IMG/VR virus record: IMGVR_UViG_3300037470_000607
Location: 1 to 32,605 of that record
Strand: one strand, 5' to 3'
DNA from: a virus
Lineage: Duplodnaviria; Caudoviricetes
DNA: 32,605 nucleotides
Position 1 is the first letter of the stretch; each line of letters begins with the position of its first letter. This document shows, one piece after another, positions 1 to 9,366 of the stretch. The notes beneath the pieces are model-generated. The model searched no databases. It was not told the origin of the DNA and saw only the letters and a list, made by a program, of their open reading frames with translations. Made by a program: the position numbers and the translations under genes.

Positions 1-1359
1 TACCAGTTGCTAATCCGCGAGCATATACTGAATAACCCGCGTTGTGCCGTGTGGGCGGACATGGGCATGGGCAAGACCGCCGCGACGCTGAGCGCGCTTG
101 ACCTCTTGTGGCTCGCTGGGTCAGGCTACTGGCCGGCACTAGTCATCGCGCCACTGCGCGTTGCCCGCGGCACGTGGCCTCGCGAGGCGCAGAAGTGGGC
201 CGAGTTCAACGGGCTCCGGGTTACGGCCATCACTGGCGATGCGAACACCCGAGCGTTCGCGTTGCGAAGCAAAGCAGATGTGTACACAATAAACTTCGAG
301 AACCTCGTGTGGCTATTCGATACACTCGGCCCCGACAATTGGCCATTCAAGATCGTCGTTATTGACGAGGCTACGCGACTGAAAGGGTTCCGCCTGAAGA
401 AAGGCACAAAGCGGTCTACGCTGCTGTCGGAGATCGCAGCTCGCACGGGGCGCTGGATCGAGCTAACTGGCACGCCCGCGCCAAACGGGTTGAAAGATTT
501 GTGGGGCCAACTGTGGTTCATCGACCAGGGCAAGCGCCTCGGCTACAGCCATAGCGATTTCATGGGGCGATTCTTCAATACCAATCAGTATAGCGGCGAG
601 GTCACACCGGAGCATTTCGCGCTTGACCAGATTCCTGAGCTTGTCCGCGACGTCTGCCTTACGGTGCGCGCGAAGGACTACTTCGATATTAAAGACCCAA
701 TCAAGCGAGTCGTTGAAATCGACCTTCCTCAGAAAGCACGTGCGCTGTACCGCGAGTTGGAAAAGGAAATGTACGCAGAGATCGACAAGCTAGGCGCGCA
801 CATCGACGTGGTGAACGCGGCCGGCTTGAGCGCGAAGTGTTTGCAGCTAGCATCCGGGGCTGTGATAGCTCGCGATGCTGAAGACGATAAGATGATTCAC
901 CATGTGCACGACGAGAAGCTCGACGCGTTGGAGTCGATCATCGAAGAGGCAAACGGCGCGCCCGTGCTAGTCGGCTACTGGTGGAAGCATGACCTTGCGC
1001 GCATGATGAAGCGCTTCCCTTTCATGCAGCAGATAAAGACGCAGAAGGATGAAGACCGCTGGAACGAGGGGCGCATCGTCGCCGCGCCCGCACACTACGC
1101 GAGCCTCGGCCACGGCCTCAACTTGCAGGACGGTGGGCACCGGCTCGTGCGATACTCCCGCTGGTGGGACGCGGAGCTAGACGATCAGCTCGCCGAGCGC
1201 ATCGGCCCCGTGCGGCAAATTCAATCGGGGTATGATCGCCCGGTCTGGCACTATGACATCGTAGCGCGCGACACGATAGATATGGACGTGGCCTACCGGC
1301 ACGAGACTAAAGCCGAAGTTCAGAACATTTTAAGGGATCGAACCAGGAGGAGAGCATAG
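1..1359 (+). CDS. SNF2-family (SF2) helicase/ATPase, 5'-truncated by the window edge
   Basis: Walker A DMGMGKT, motif Ia VIAPLRVA, Walker B VIDEAT, motif III LTGTP, motif V GHGLNLQ. The frame is open from base 1 (YQLLIREH, Q-motif-like), so the true start lies upstream. Confidence 0.92.
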   Translation, partial: YQLLIREHILNNPRCAVWADMGMGKTAATLSALDLLWLAGSGYWPALVIAPLRVARGTWPREAQKWAEFNGLRVTAITGDANTRAFALRSKADVYTINFENLVWLFDTLGPDNWPFKIVVIDEATRLKGFRLKKGTKRSTLLSEIAARTGRWIELTGTPAPNGLKDLWGQLWFIDQGKRLGYSHSDFMGRFFNTNQYSGEVTPEHFALDQIPELVRDVCLTVRAKDYFDIKDPIKRVVEIDLPQKARALYRELEKEMYAEIDKLGAHIDVVNAAGLSAKCLQLASGAVIARDAEDDKMIHHVHDEKLDALESIIEEANGAPVLVGYWWKHDLARMMKRFPFMQQIKTQKDEDRWNEGRIVAAPAHYASLGHGLNLQDGGHRLVRYSRWWDAELDDQLAERIGPVRQIQSGYDRPVWHYDIVARDTIDMDVAYRHETKAEVQNILRDRTRRRA

Positions 1360-1604
1360 TGCCTTACATCAACAGGGTCGCCCGCAGGGAGCTGCGGTAC
1401 CGCACTTCGTGCAATACAGGGGAACTGAACTACGAGTTTACGCGGGTCGTGCAGCAGTACATCGAAAAGTACGGGCTCTCGTACCGCGCCATCAACGATG
1501 TAATCGGCTCACTGGAGGGTGCGAAGCAGGAGTTCTATCGCCGCGTCGCGGCACCGTACGAAGATGAAAAGCTGAAGGAGAACGGCGATGTCTACGATTA
1601 CTAA
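1359..1604 (+). CDS. Small conserved phage protein (DUF6899-like)
   Basis: 81 aa with the pattern MPYI...GELNY...N.VIG.LE.AK.EFYRR...PYED.K...NGDV. GTG start overlaps the helicase TAG, with AGGAG upstream. Confidence 0.8.
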   Translation: MPYINRVARRELRYRTSCNTGELNYEFTRVVQQYIEKYGLSYRAINDVIGSLEGAKQEFYRRVAAPYEDEKLKENGDVYDY

Positions 1605-2040
1605 GAAGCGCTACTTGTACTACATAGCAGGGCCAATGACTGGGCTTCCTCAATTCAACATTCCGGCATTCGACCTCATGGCCGAGCGGCTGCGCAACGT
1701 AGGGCACGGGGTCTTGTCGCCTGCTGAGCTGGACTCTGAAGCAGCGCGCGAGTACGCGTTAAGCTCCGAGGATGGCAAGCTCGATTCTAACAACCAGATT
1801 AGGCGCGAGACATGGGGCGACATGCTCGCTCGCGATGTGAAGATCGTCTCGGACGTGGTCGACGGCATCGTCGTGCTTCCCGGCTGGGAGAATTCACGTG
1901 GCGCACGGCTGGAGGTTTTCGTCGCGCTGCTGTGCGACAAGCCGGTTTACGAGGATAACAACGCGGTCGGCGACCCGCATCTGGTCCTGCTCCCCCGGCT
2001 CGAAATCGTGTTCACCATTGCAAGGAGTTTCTGCGCATGA
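1588..2040 (+). CDS. DUF4406 / nucleoside 2-deoxyribosyltransferase-like (N-glycosidase fold) protein
   Basis: [39 protein letters not shown] motifs. AAGGAG upstream. Confidence 0.85.
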   Translation: MSTITKKRYLYYIAGPMTGLPQFNIPAFDLMAERLRNVGHGVLSPAELDSEAAREYALSSEDGKLDSNNQIRRETWGDMLARDVKIVSDVVDGIVVLPGWENSRGARLEVFVALLCDKPVYEDNNAVGDPHLVLLPRLEIVFTIARSFCA

Positions 2041-2459
2041 AACTATCACTACCAACAGACAGCGCTGCGCGTAAAACGTACCCGCTTTTCAGCACCCTCT
2101 TCGGCTACTTCGGCGCCGCGCTTGCCGGTGTCGCGCATCATGGCTGGAAGTCAAACGAGAAGCACAACCCTGGCGAGCCGGTACACTGGTCGATGGGCAA
2201 GAGTAACGATCACGCGGACTGCTGCATGCGACATCTGCTCGACCTCGGTGAGCTTCTCTCTGCATGGGATCGTTCTGAACATGGGAGTCTCATTATCCTA
2301 GATGCGCTGTTGAGCGAAGCCGATGCGCTCGCGTGGCGCGCGCTCGCGCTGAACCAAACGCTTCGTAACAGGTTCACCAACGTACCTACACCTTTCAACT
2401 CAAGCAGCGAGATAGAAACTGCTGACGCAGCGGCGACTGTGGCGAGAGATGGCGCATGA
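2037..2459 (+). CDS. dATP/dGTP diphosphohydrolase-like protein (DUF5664-type)
   Basis: LPTD...RK..P...YF..ALA.VA...NEKHNPGEP.HW...KS.DH.DC..RHL...AWRALA pattern. ATGA overlap with the upstream gene. Confidence 0.75.
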   Translation: MKLSLPTDSAARKTYPLFSTLFGYFGAALAGVAHHGWKSNEKHNPGEPVHWSMGKSNDHADCCMRHLLDLGELLSAWDRSEHGSLIILDALLSEADALAWRALALNQTLRNRFTNVPTPFNSSSEIETADAAATVARDGA

Positions 2460-4036
2460 GTACGGCGCACAAGAAATGCCCGAAGTGTGGCAACAACACT
2501 ATGCGCCGGAGTAGTAACGCGCCGAACGGCAAGCACCGTTGGGTATGCCGGGAGGGTGCAGGCGACCGTAAGCCATGCTACTCAACGACGAACCCTGACG
2601 CAGCGTATCGGGGGCCGAGTGGCCGTGCCAAGCGGGCGGACGCTAACCTAGAGTTCAAGCGCAAGCTAACAGGGCAACGGTTCGTCGTGACCTGGGCGCA
2701 GAATGCAACGCCAGTACATACGGGATTCCTCAGCGCCCTGCGTGTGTACTGCAAACACCTCGGCGCCGAGCTTATCGTCATACCTGGCCGCTACAAAAAC
2801 CCGACTAGTCGGTGGAGCGCGTCCCAGGAAAACGAGGAACAATGGGCAGACGAGCTGCGACCTTTCTTGTACAACCAGCGGCGTGCACTTAATAAGAATA
2901 TACAGTTGATAGGCGACTTCAAAATACAGCCGACGAACAGCGCGCCATTAACCGGGTTAGAAGGCATCACGCATACGGAGTCCGGCATCTTCGGGCACCC
3001 AAAGCTACAGCTCCGCTGCGTGCCGGCGCCCCAGAACCGTATGCCAAAAATCCTCACGACAACGGGTGCGGTGACTGTATCCAACTACACGGATTCGCGA
3101 ACCGGCAAGATCGGCGACTTTCACCACGTCCTTGGTGCGGTCGTGGTAGAAGTGCAGGACGGCAAGGTCTTCCATATGCGGCAACTGAACTACTCGGACA
3201 AACACGCGGGGTTCATTGACCTGGAGTTCGCGTACTTCGCGGACGGCCGCGTAGAGGATGCACCGCCATGTGAGGGTATCGTGTTCGGCGATGCTCATTG
3301 GCGCTTCGCCGACCCCGAGGTTGTCAACGCGACGTTCAATCACCTCGTCCCGCTGCTGCGACCGGCGGTCTTGGTATGGCACGATCTGCTAGATGGCTAC
3401 GCGGGCTCGCCGCATCACGTCGGTAATCCGTTTATCAAGTTCGCGAAGCGTGTCTCGGGCCGCGACAACATGCGGCACGAGGTGCGCGAAACGATAGACT
3501 GGATGCTGAAGCTAGGGGAGGGCTACCATAACGTCATCGTCCCCTCTAATCATGACGACATGCTGAAGCGCTGGGTGATTCGTGAGGACTGGAAAGCGGA
3601 CCCCGTCAACGCGGAGTTCTATCTCGAAACCGCGCTCGCCATGCTGCGCTCGACTCGCATGCTGGAGACTGGTGCACATACGCTTGACCCGTTTCAAATG
3701 CTCGTCGACGCGCGCGGGGAGAAGCATGTGAGCTGCGTACCGATGAACGGCAGCTTCTCGCTAGCGGGCATTGAGTGCGGGCTGCACGGTGACAAGGGGC
3801 CGAACGGCGCGCGAGGTTCGATCAAGAATCTGCGGCGCATTGGCCCCAAGGTAATTATCGGGCACTCGCACACGCCAGGTATCGACGAGGGCGCGTACCA
3901 GACTGGGACCATGACGCGGCTCACCGCCGAGTACACTGGGCCGGTCGGCTCGTGGCTCAACACGCATTGCAGCGTGGACGGGTTCGGCAAGCGCCATCTA
4001 CACAACTGTGTTGACGGCGCGTTCTGGATGGAGTGA
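2456..4036 (+). CDS. Calcineurin-like metallophosphoesterase, T5 A1-like DNase, with N-terminal zinc ribbon
   Basis: Ordered motifs GDAH, HDLLD, SNHD, HGD, GHSH. The segments RFVVTWAQNATPVH..FL..L..Y, DP.NAEFY and AGIECGLHG resemble T5 A1 as recalled. N-terminus has CPKC...WVC...PC. Confidence 0.82.
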   Translation: MSTAHKKCPKCGNNTMRRSSNAPNGKHRWVCREGAGDRKPCYSTTNPDAAYRGPSGRAKRADANLEFKRKLTGQRFVVTWAQNATPVHTGFLSALRVYCKHLGAELIVIPGRYKNPTSRWSASQENEEQWADELRPFLYNQRRALNKNIQLIGDFKIQPTNSAPLTGLEGITHTESGIFGHPKLQLRCVPAPQNRMPKILTTTGAVTVSNYTDSRTGKIGDFHHVLGAVVVEVQDGKVFHMRQLNYSDKHAGFIDLEFAYFADGRVEDAPPCEGIVFGDAHWRFADPEVVNATFNHLVPLLRPAVLVWHDLLDGYAGSPHHVGNPFIKFAKRVSGRDNMRHEVRETIDWMLKLGEGYHNVIVPSNHDDMLKRWVIREDWKADPVNAEFYLETALAMLRSTRMLETGAHTLDPFQMLVDARGEKHVSCVPMNGSFSLAGIECGLHGDKGPNGARGSIKNLRRIGPKVIIGHSHTPGIDEGAYQTGTMTRLTAEYTGPVGSWLNTHCSVDGFGKRHLHNCVDGAFWME

Positions 4037-4039
4037 GCT

Positions 4040-4132
4040 ATGCGCTGCCCTAAATGTAAGCGCCCATGCAGGCACGAATACACGGCATGGGTGTGCTATT
4101 ATTGCCGTAAGTTCTGGGACACTGACGAGTAG
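4040..4132 (+). CDS. 30-aa zinc-ribbon microprotein (below the ORF-track cutoff)
   Basis: Hand translation gives MRCPKCKRPCRHEYTAWVCYYCRKFWDTDE* (CxxC-x12-CxxC). GGAG at 4030-4033 lies 6 nt before the ATG. The ORF fills the gap between the previous stop and the hairpin. Confidence 0.6.
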   Translation: MRCPKCKRPCRHEYTAWVCYYCRKFWDTDE

Positions 4133-4138
4133 GAGAAG

Positions 4139-4163
4139 CGGGGCCAGCGCGCTGCTGGCCCCG
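4139..4163. terminator. GC-rich hairpin at the convergence of the two arms; probable bidirectional terminator
   Basis: Perfect 10-bp stem CGGGGCCAGC/GCTGGCCCCG with a 5-nt loop, between convergent stops at 4132 and 4169. U-tracts are weak on both sides. Confidence 0.6.
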
Positions 4164-4168
4164 ATGGC

Positions 4169-4561
4169 TTAAGGTTCGAGCGGCACGATCAAGTCTATCA
4201 GCGGCGCCCGCCATGTATCCGCGACTTGATCAACCGCAACGAGGTAGACCACGGAGTCATCGAGCAACGTGAACGAGAACTCGGCGGTTGTCCCGTCGCT
4301 CGTTGTCTCGGCGCGCAGCTCCCCCGTCGCACGATCGTATAGACGCACGGTGTAGCCGGTAGCAAGCGTCATGCCATCAGGCTGGTACACGATGCCTGCT
4401 ACTTCTCGCGTGCCGGGTGTGAACGACACGCCGCCCCCGTAGTTCCCCATTGGCGAGTCCACCCCTTGCCGGAACGTGTGGTCAGCATCGGGCGGGTAGT
4501 TCTCGTCGGTGGGCACGGAGAGATTCCCGCCGTAATCATCCATAGGGTTAACAACAGCCAC
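4169..4561 (-). CDS. Small tail-fibre-associated protein with a transthyretin/carboxypeptidase-regulatory-like beta domain
   Basis: 130 aa; VAGIV...VRLYDRATGEL.AETTSD...FSF..LD...YLVAVD pattern. GGGAG SD before GTG. Last gene of the fibre cluster. Confidence 0.6.
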   Translation of the reverse strand: MAVVNPMDDYGGNLSVPTDENYPPDADHTFRQGVDSPMGNYGGGVSFTPGTREVAGIVYQPDGMTLATGYTVRLYDRATGELRAETTSDGTTAEFSFTLLDDSVVYLVAVDQVADTWRAPLIDLIVPLEP

Positions 4562-4564
4562 AGC

Positions 4565-5497
4565 TTACTCCCACACCATGCAGAGATCGTAAGCCGTCAG
4601 TTCAGTCGATTGAGCGTCGAACATTATATTGTTGAATCCTCCCGCCCCGACGTTAATGAACGTACGCGAGGTTGCGCCGACAGGTGACGCGGAGAACGTG
4701 CCGGTTTCGCTCACGTGATCCTCGTGCACCACGCACAAGCCAAACACAGGGAACGCATCCGGCTTCGCGCCCCACAGCAGCCACACAGGCGTGTCGCCGT
4801 TCGGCAACGTGATGTTCCCTACCGTTCCAGGGATCAGGCAGCATGCAGGAAAAGCTGTACTTGCAGGGGCGGCAGCTTCCCATACGGTACTATTCGCGAA
4901 GTCAATTGATGCATGCGCAGCCATAGTGGCGTTCACAGTGGTGCTGAAAAGCACCGGCCCGTTTTGGTACATCACGAACGCGCCGCTGGCGGTGGGATCG
5001 CCACTCGAATCACAGGACCGGCACAAGTGGAACGTGCCCCAATTTAAATTAGCCTCCGGACCGTTGCGCCCCCACACTAGCCCCAAGAAGCCGTCGACGT
5101 GACACAGGAATGACTGTGCGGCGGTGCCATCGGTGTTGCCATCGCCTGCGGTTATCTCATACGCACTCGTCACGGTGCCGGTCAACGTGCCAGATCCATT
5201 CGATCCAGTGCCCACTGTTACTTCGATGCGCGGGCGGTCTGCCTCATTGTCTGTCCCGAAGTCGAAGCGCAAGAAGATAGGCGCTGTACCTTGCAACGCG
5301 TCGTCGAAGCGCCATATTTCATAGCCGGCCATCGTGTTAAACGACGGTCGACTAACCGTCGACCAATCAATTTGCCCGGTGTCGGCAGTCTGCACGAGCC
5401 CGACTGCGTCAAGTCTGGTGTTGAGGTCATCGCCCCAAGCTTGAAAGCCCGCATCGCCGTCGTGATCGAAATTGTGTGCCCAAGATTGTGTCGCCAT
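4565..5497 (-). CDS. Putative virion tail/receptor-binding protein
   Basis: 310 aa, Gly/Thr/aromatic-rich and beta-like (GLVQTADTGQ, GYEIWRFDD, VGTGSNGSGTLTG). Tightly packed within the fibre cluster. Confidence 0.6.
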   Translation of the reverse strand: MATQSWAHNFDHDGDAGFQAWGDDLNTRLDAVGLVQTADTGQIDWSTVSRPSFNTMAGYEIWRFDDALQGTAPIFLRFDFGTDNEADRPRIEVTVGTGSNGSGTLTGTVTSAYEITAGDGNTDGTAAQSFLCHVDGFLGLVWGRNGPEANLNWGTFHLCRSCDSSGDPTASGAFVMYQNGPVLFSTTVNATMAAHASIDFANSTVWEAAAPASTAFPACCLIPGTVGNITLPNGDTPVWLLWGAKPDAFPVFGLCVVHEDHVSETGTFSASPVGATSRTFINVGAGGFNNIMFDAQSTELTAYDLCMVWE

Positions 5498-5507
5498 GCT
5501 TTAGTCT

Positions 5508-7619
5508 CTACTCTATGAATGTCAGGATAATGGAGTCTGCATCCGGCGGCGTGTACCCGTCCGTGAATTGCAGAGCCAGGATAGCAGTTAGCGTCAGCTC
5601 TAATGCGTTTGATGTGCCGCCGCCCGGCCCGGTGTGCACGACGGTTACGTCACGCACGTCGGCCGATAATATCATGCTTGTCGGAACAGTCGCGGTCAGC
5701 TCGGTATCGCTTACGTACACTGTTACCGTCGGTACGCCGTCCAGCTCCGCGACCGAATCGGGCACGAAGTCTGTACCTGTGATCGTTATATCGGTGTCGG
5801 GTTCGTTGACCGCCACCGAGTCAGGGTCGAGCAGCGTCAGTACCGCTATGGGATTCTCAACGTCAAACGTAAGCTCGTTGGATAGCCCGCCGCCCGGCGT
5901 CGGCGTGAACACGCGCACGTCATGGGTAGCCGCGAGCAGCGCGACATCGCTTGACACAGTCGCTTCGAGTTCCGTGCCACTGTTGAATGCCGTCGTTAGC
6001 GGTACGCCGTCGACCCGTATCACGGATGCATCTGTGAAGCCGGTGCCCGTGACCGTCAACAGAAAGTCGCTTGAGAAGCGCTCAACCGCGTCGGGGTCCA
6101 GCAGCGAGATGGAGGGTACCGCTGCGAATGAGGACGGCCCAGCTTTCACAAACGCTAGCTGCCAATCAGATGGCAGCCCTTTTTCGCGGATCACATTTGT
6201 CGTTCGCACGAATTCGCCGCGTAGCAGTTGTGTGTCTACGGTAAGCGGCCAGAACTCGGCCGAGCCATCGGGCTCAAACTGCGCGAGCCCGGCGACCGAC
6301 ACCCCGCCGTTCGACACAGTACAACTCGCAACGCGAGTTGTCGCCGGCCGCAGCGGGACCGGCAGCGAGTCTGCGAGCCAGCGCAGGCGGGTAGTCGAGC
6401 TGCGCGCGGTGTAAGCGCCGTCGGTCACAGTTCGAAGCACCGCGAACGTGCCATAGTCTGTGTAGTGTATAGCGCCCGTTGGGACGATACCGCCGCCGAA
6501 GAAGTCGCCGTCGCCATTCCACGCCGGCACAAATTCGCCGTTCGTCGGCAGCCCGAACACAGAGACAAGGTTGAACGTCACGCCGTCGCCGCCGTCTACT
6601 GGCGTGAAAGTGCCCGTGTACGTGCGCGTGCCCACGCCGACTTCGGATATGTCGACGCTCACGTCACCGTCTGCGGCGCTTGTCTCACGCGTGATACGCC
6701 CTTCCGCATCTGCGCTGAACGTGAACGTGCGGCTCGCGCGCAACTCAACGTTGTCGAGGTAGAAGTCGACACGCACGTCGACCGTCGCGTTTTGCCACAC
6801 GCCGTCCTCGTCGCGCAGGAAAAACGTCTGACCATTCTCGGTGACGACGAGCTTGTCATGGCCGAGTGACAATCCCTGATCCCCGACCACCCCTGGCGCG
6901 GGCCAGTCGTAGAATGTTGCGTCGCCAAGCTCATCGAAACCCGCGAGCTTGCCCGCGCGCGCAGGCGGGCGCAGGTAATTCAGATTGGCGGGGCCGTCCG
7001 GTTGCTCCGGGCTGCGCGCGAACTGGAAGCGTAGCAGGTTGTTCAAACCAATCTGATACAGCAACGGGAATCCGGGGCGCGCTGTGTACTCGTCTAAGAA
7101 GCGGTCACGCAACTCGCGCCAGTACACCGTCGTACCACGCACATACGCTATGATCGTATCCGTGACTCCAATCGCCGGCATAGGGTCGCGGACATCATCG
7201 AGCGCAACGCGCAGCGAATGCGTGCGCCGCGCAAGCGAGACGATAACCGTATCGTTCGCGACGGGATCAAACCAGCGGTAGTATGAGTCACCAAGTACGT
7301 CGCGCCACACGATGATGGGCCGCATGTTGGTGTCGAATGAACCCTTGACCTCGCGCGGTAGCGGGTCAATGGCGTGTACCAGCGTCTCGGGCACGAGGAA
7401 CATACCGTCCGCAGCAGGGTCCGGCACGCTATAGAACACCTCGCCGGTGTCCTTGTCGCAGCGGATGAACCAGTCATAAACGTCGAGTCCCTCAGTGGGG
7501 TCTTGGATGCCTAGCCCGCCGCGCTCCCACGACGTGAACGCGCGCACGACACGGTCACGCGGCGCGCGGAACGGCCCCGAGTACGTCGTTGTTGCAATCG
7601 TGGCTTGTGGGAGCGACAT
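5508..7619 (-). CDS. Multidomain tail-fibre protein: phiKMV gp41-like N-domain, shared fibre module and two IPT/TIG Ig-like domains
   Basis: N-terminal SFDTNMRP...RWFDP...LDD.R...D.IIAY...WRELRDRF. Central module is paralogous to 9363-10589. Two C-terminal LDPD...ITGT.F...DG.P...S.TEL.ATV...PGGG.SN repeats. Confidence 0.75.
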   Translation of the reverse strand: MSLPQATIATTTYSGPFRAPRDRVVRAFTSWERGGLGIQDPTEGLDVYDWFIRCDKDTGEVFYSVPDPAADGMFLVPETLVHAIDPLPREVKGSFDTNMRPIIVWRDVLGDSYYRWFDPVANDTVIVSLARRTHSLRVALDDVRDPMPAIGVTDTIIAYVRGTTVYWRELRDRFLDEYTARPGFPLLYQIGLNNLLRFQFARSPEQPDGPANLNYLRPPARAGKLAGFDELGDATFYDWPAPGVVGDQGLSLGHDKLVVTENGQTFFLRDEDGVWQNATVDVRVDFYLDNVELRASRTFTFSADAEGRITRETSAADGDVSVDISEVGVGTRTYTGTFTPVDGGDGVTFNLVSVFGLPTNGEFVPAWNGDGDFFGGGIVPTGAIHYTDYGTFAVLRTVTDGAYTARSSTTRLRWLADSLPVPLRPATTRVASCTVSNGGVSVAGLAQFEPDGSAEFWPLTVDTQLLRGEFVRTTNVIREKGLPSDWQLAFVKAGPSSFAAVPSISLLDPDAVERFSSDFLLTVTGTGFTDASVIRVDGVPLTTAFNSGTELEATVSSDVALLAATHDVRVFTPTPGGGLSNELTFDVENPIAVLTLLDPDSVAVNEPDTDITITGTDFVPDSVAELDGVPTVTVYVSDTELTATVPTSMILSADVRDVTVVHTGPGGGTSNALELTLTAILALQFTDGYTPPDADSIILTFIE
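5590..6120 (-). repeat. Tandem duplicated IPT/TIG (Ig-like) domains, about 88 aa each
   Basis: LLDPD, TGT.F, DGVP, TEL.ATV, DV.V and PGGG.SN.L are shared by both copies. Boundaries approximate. Confidence 0.8.
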
Positions 7620-7620
7620 G

Positions 7621-8577
7621 TTACGCTCGCGCCCAACTGAAGCGGAACCCTGTAGACAATAACTGCGAGCTGGTCTTCGTTATGACCGGGTCGTATTGGC
7701 AGCCCCAGTATGTGGTAGGACGGAACCCCCCAGTGGTGACCGCGAATGTGTGCGTGCGTATATCCCCGTTACCTGCCCCAAGTGGCCACGCGCATGTAGC
7801 TGTGCGCTCATATGAACCTGCTACATAGGTGTCGTTGGTGTAGCCGGTGAACCCGCTTGAAATTAGGCCAGTCTGCGGCGCAGTCATTAGCGCAACCAAG
7901 TCGTCGGCGAACACGCCGTTTCGGGAGGATAAGCCGTCACCGAAAACCGCGGCCAGGTCACCTGTACTTCCGCCCCACACTGCGACCTCAATCGGGCGCA
8001 CGATGAATTCATGCATGCCTGACCCCGTGATCGTAATTGTGCCCGTCGCGTCAGTGAGTGGCGGGTATGTAATGAGCTGGTACGCCACATCTAAGAACTC
8101 GTCGGAACCGACGGGGAACGTAGTGGGTGATCCCCCACCGTCGAGGATTAGCGAGCGCGAGAACACATTGCCTGCGGTTGGGCCGATAGCAACCTCAGTC
8201 AGGTTGCCTTCTGCATCACCTTGTGCGAATCGCCGGACCACGTTGCGCGTTAGCTCATAAGGTGAGCTGCCATTCTGCACGTTGTTTGACAGCTCAGAGG
8301 TTATCGTACTTGCCACCTCTGTTTCTATGGCGGAATCCGTTACCGCAGGCGCAGTCGTGCCCGTGCCTACATATACACGGGTCAAGTAGGTATTGAGTCC
8401 TCCAATGTAATCTAATCCGTTGTTGGTGATAAGGTTGTCGAACCACGGGGATTGGCGGGCAATCGTCACGCCGTCGCGTTTCACGGCGCGCAACTGGTAT
8501 CGCCCTTTCATGCGCACCTTCGGCGTGGCGATCTCAGACTCGATGATCTTTAGCTTAGGAATCCAGATACCAAACAT
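7621..8577 (-). CDS. Tail-fibre complex protein, phiKMV gp40-like
   Basis: GRY...S.WFDNLITNNGLD, VGTGTTAP, F..G.A.GNLTEV.I, LILDGGG.PTT..V..DEFLDV.Y resemble that family as recalled. GGAG SD. Confidence 0.7.
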   Translation of the reverse strand: MFGIWIPKLKIIESEIATPKVRMKGRYQLRAVKRDGVTIARQSPWFDNLITNNGLDYIGGLNTYLTRVYVGTGTTAPAVTDSAIETEVASTITSELSNNVQNGSSPYELTRNVVRRFAQGDAEGNLTEVAIGPTAGNVFSRSLILDGGGSPTTFPVGSDEFLDVAYQLITYPPLTDATGTITITGSGMHEFIVRPIEVAVWGGSTGDLAAVFGDGLSSRNGVFADDLVALMTAPQTGLISSGFTGYTNDTYVAGSYERTATCAWPLGAGNGDIRTHTFAVTTGGFRPTTYWGCQYDPVITKTSSQLLSTGFRFSWARA

Positions 8578-8589
8578 GTTGCAGCTCCA

Positions 8590-9366
8590 TTATGAAAGTG
8601 TTCCGCCGGTCGCTTCGGCGGCGATGTCTAATTCTTCAGCGGGCCAGTTGTTGTATGACAGCAGCGCGGTGAACAGCACGCAGTCTTCAGCTTCTGCCGC
8701 TATGTCTATCTCTTCGGCTGGCCAGTCCACGTATGACAACAGCACAAGCGCAAGCACGCCGTCTTCAGCTTCTGCCGCTATGTCCAATTCTTCCGCGGGC
8801 CAGTTGTTATACTCGACGAGGTTGACTCGCAAGTCACCGCCCGTCGGCACGGCGGAAATCAAAAGTTCTTCGATGATCGCTTGCATCGACTGTCCGCTAT
8901 CGGCTGACGCGGCGATAGACAGCTCGTCACTGAACAGCACCGCATACGGGCGCGACACCGCATAGAATGGCGGGTACACCTGCCCGACGTGCAGCGTACG
9001 GTCCAGCTTCTCGCGCAGTTGCTGGAACATGCGAGTCAGTGAGTCGACGCGGTTCTTAAACACAATCGGCGCCATTGAAGATCGGCCACTAGGCTGCACG
9101 AACAACATGCGCCGCAGAATCGTGATAGTGAAGCCTGCTGCAATGGGGTCTCTGTGATCGTCAACTCGCGTGACCACTGTGTACACGCCGCTAACTTCAC
9201 GGATCGCGTAGTCCAGGTTGCGAATGAAGTGCACGCGCTCACCGTCCGCATCGTGCAGCAACACCATAATGTCTAGTGCGCGGTCGACAGGGAAGGTCAC
9301 CGCGAACTCGAACGTTACGCCGTCAGCGGCGTACACATCTTTTGGTGTGTAGGTGCTCGGGATCAT
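8590..9366 (-). CDS. Second tail-fibre protein: T7 gp17-type N-terminal anchor fused to a phiKMV gp39-like repeat region (258 aa, start revised)
   Basis: ATG at 9366 forms an ATGA overlap with the upstream stop. Anchor motifs ADGVT.EF.VTF...LDY...TITI.R...DSLTRMFQQLREKLDRTL. C-terminal Y..WPAEE.DIAAEA repeats. Confidence 0.75.
   Translation of the reverse strand: MIPSTYTPKDVYAADGVTFEFAVTFPVDRALDIMVLLHDADGERVHFIRNLDYAIREVSGVYTVVTRVDDHRDPIAAGFTITILRRMLFVQPSGRSSMAPIVFKNRVDSLTRMFQQLREKLDRTLHVGQVYPPFYAVSRPYAVLFSDELSIAASADSGQSMQAIIEELLISAVPTGGDLRVNLVEYNNWPAEELDIAAEAEDGVLALVLLSYVDWPAEEIDIAAEAEDCVLFTALLSYNNWPAEELDIAAEATGGTLS
8612..8814 (-). repeat. In-frame 78-nt tandem repeat, about 2.6 copies (26-aa unit)
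   Basis: Units begin at 8612, 8690 and 8768, encoding YNNWPAEELDIAAEA, YVDWPAEEIDIAAEA and YNNWPAEELDIAAEA. Confidence 0.9.

Noticed and set aside
5476-6869. Long + strand ORFs (312 aa, 213 aa) and similar ones at 9403-10167, 17333-18262 and 21951-23009
   Set aside because: They are Ser/Val/Arg-rich antisense shadows of well-supported minus-strand genes in GC-rich DNA, with no motifs.
8612-8814. Repeats as a diversity-generating retroelement TR/VR pair (BPP-1 relatives carry one) or as a CRISPR array
   Set aside because: The copies are contiguous and in frame with no spacers. Differences are not confined to adenines, and no reverse transcriptase or cas gene is in the window.
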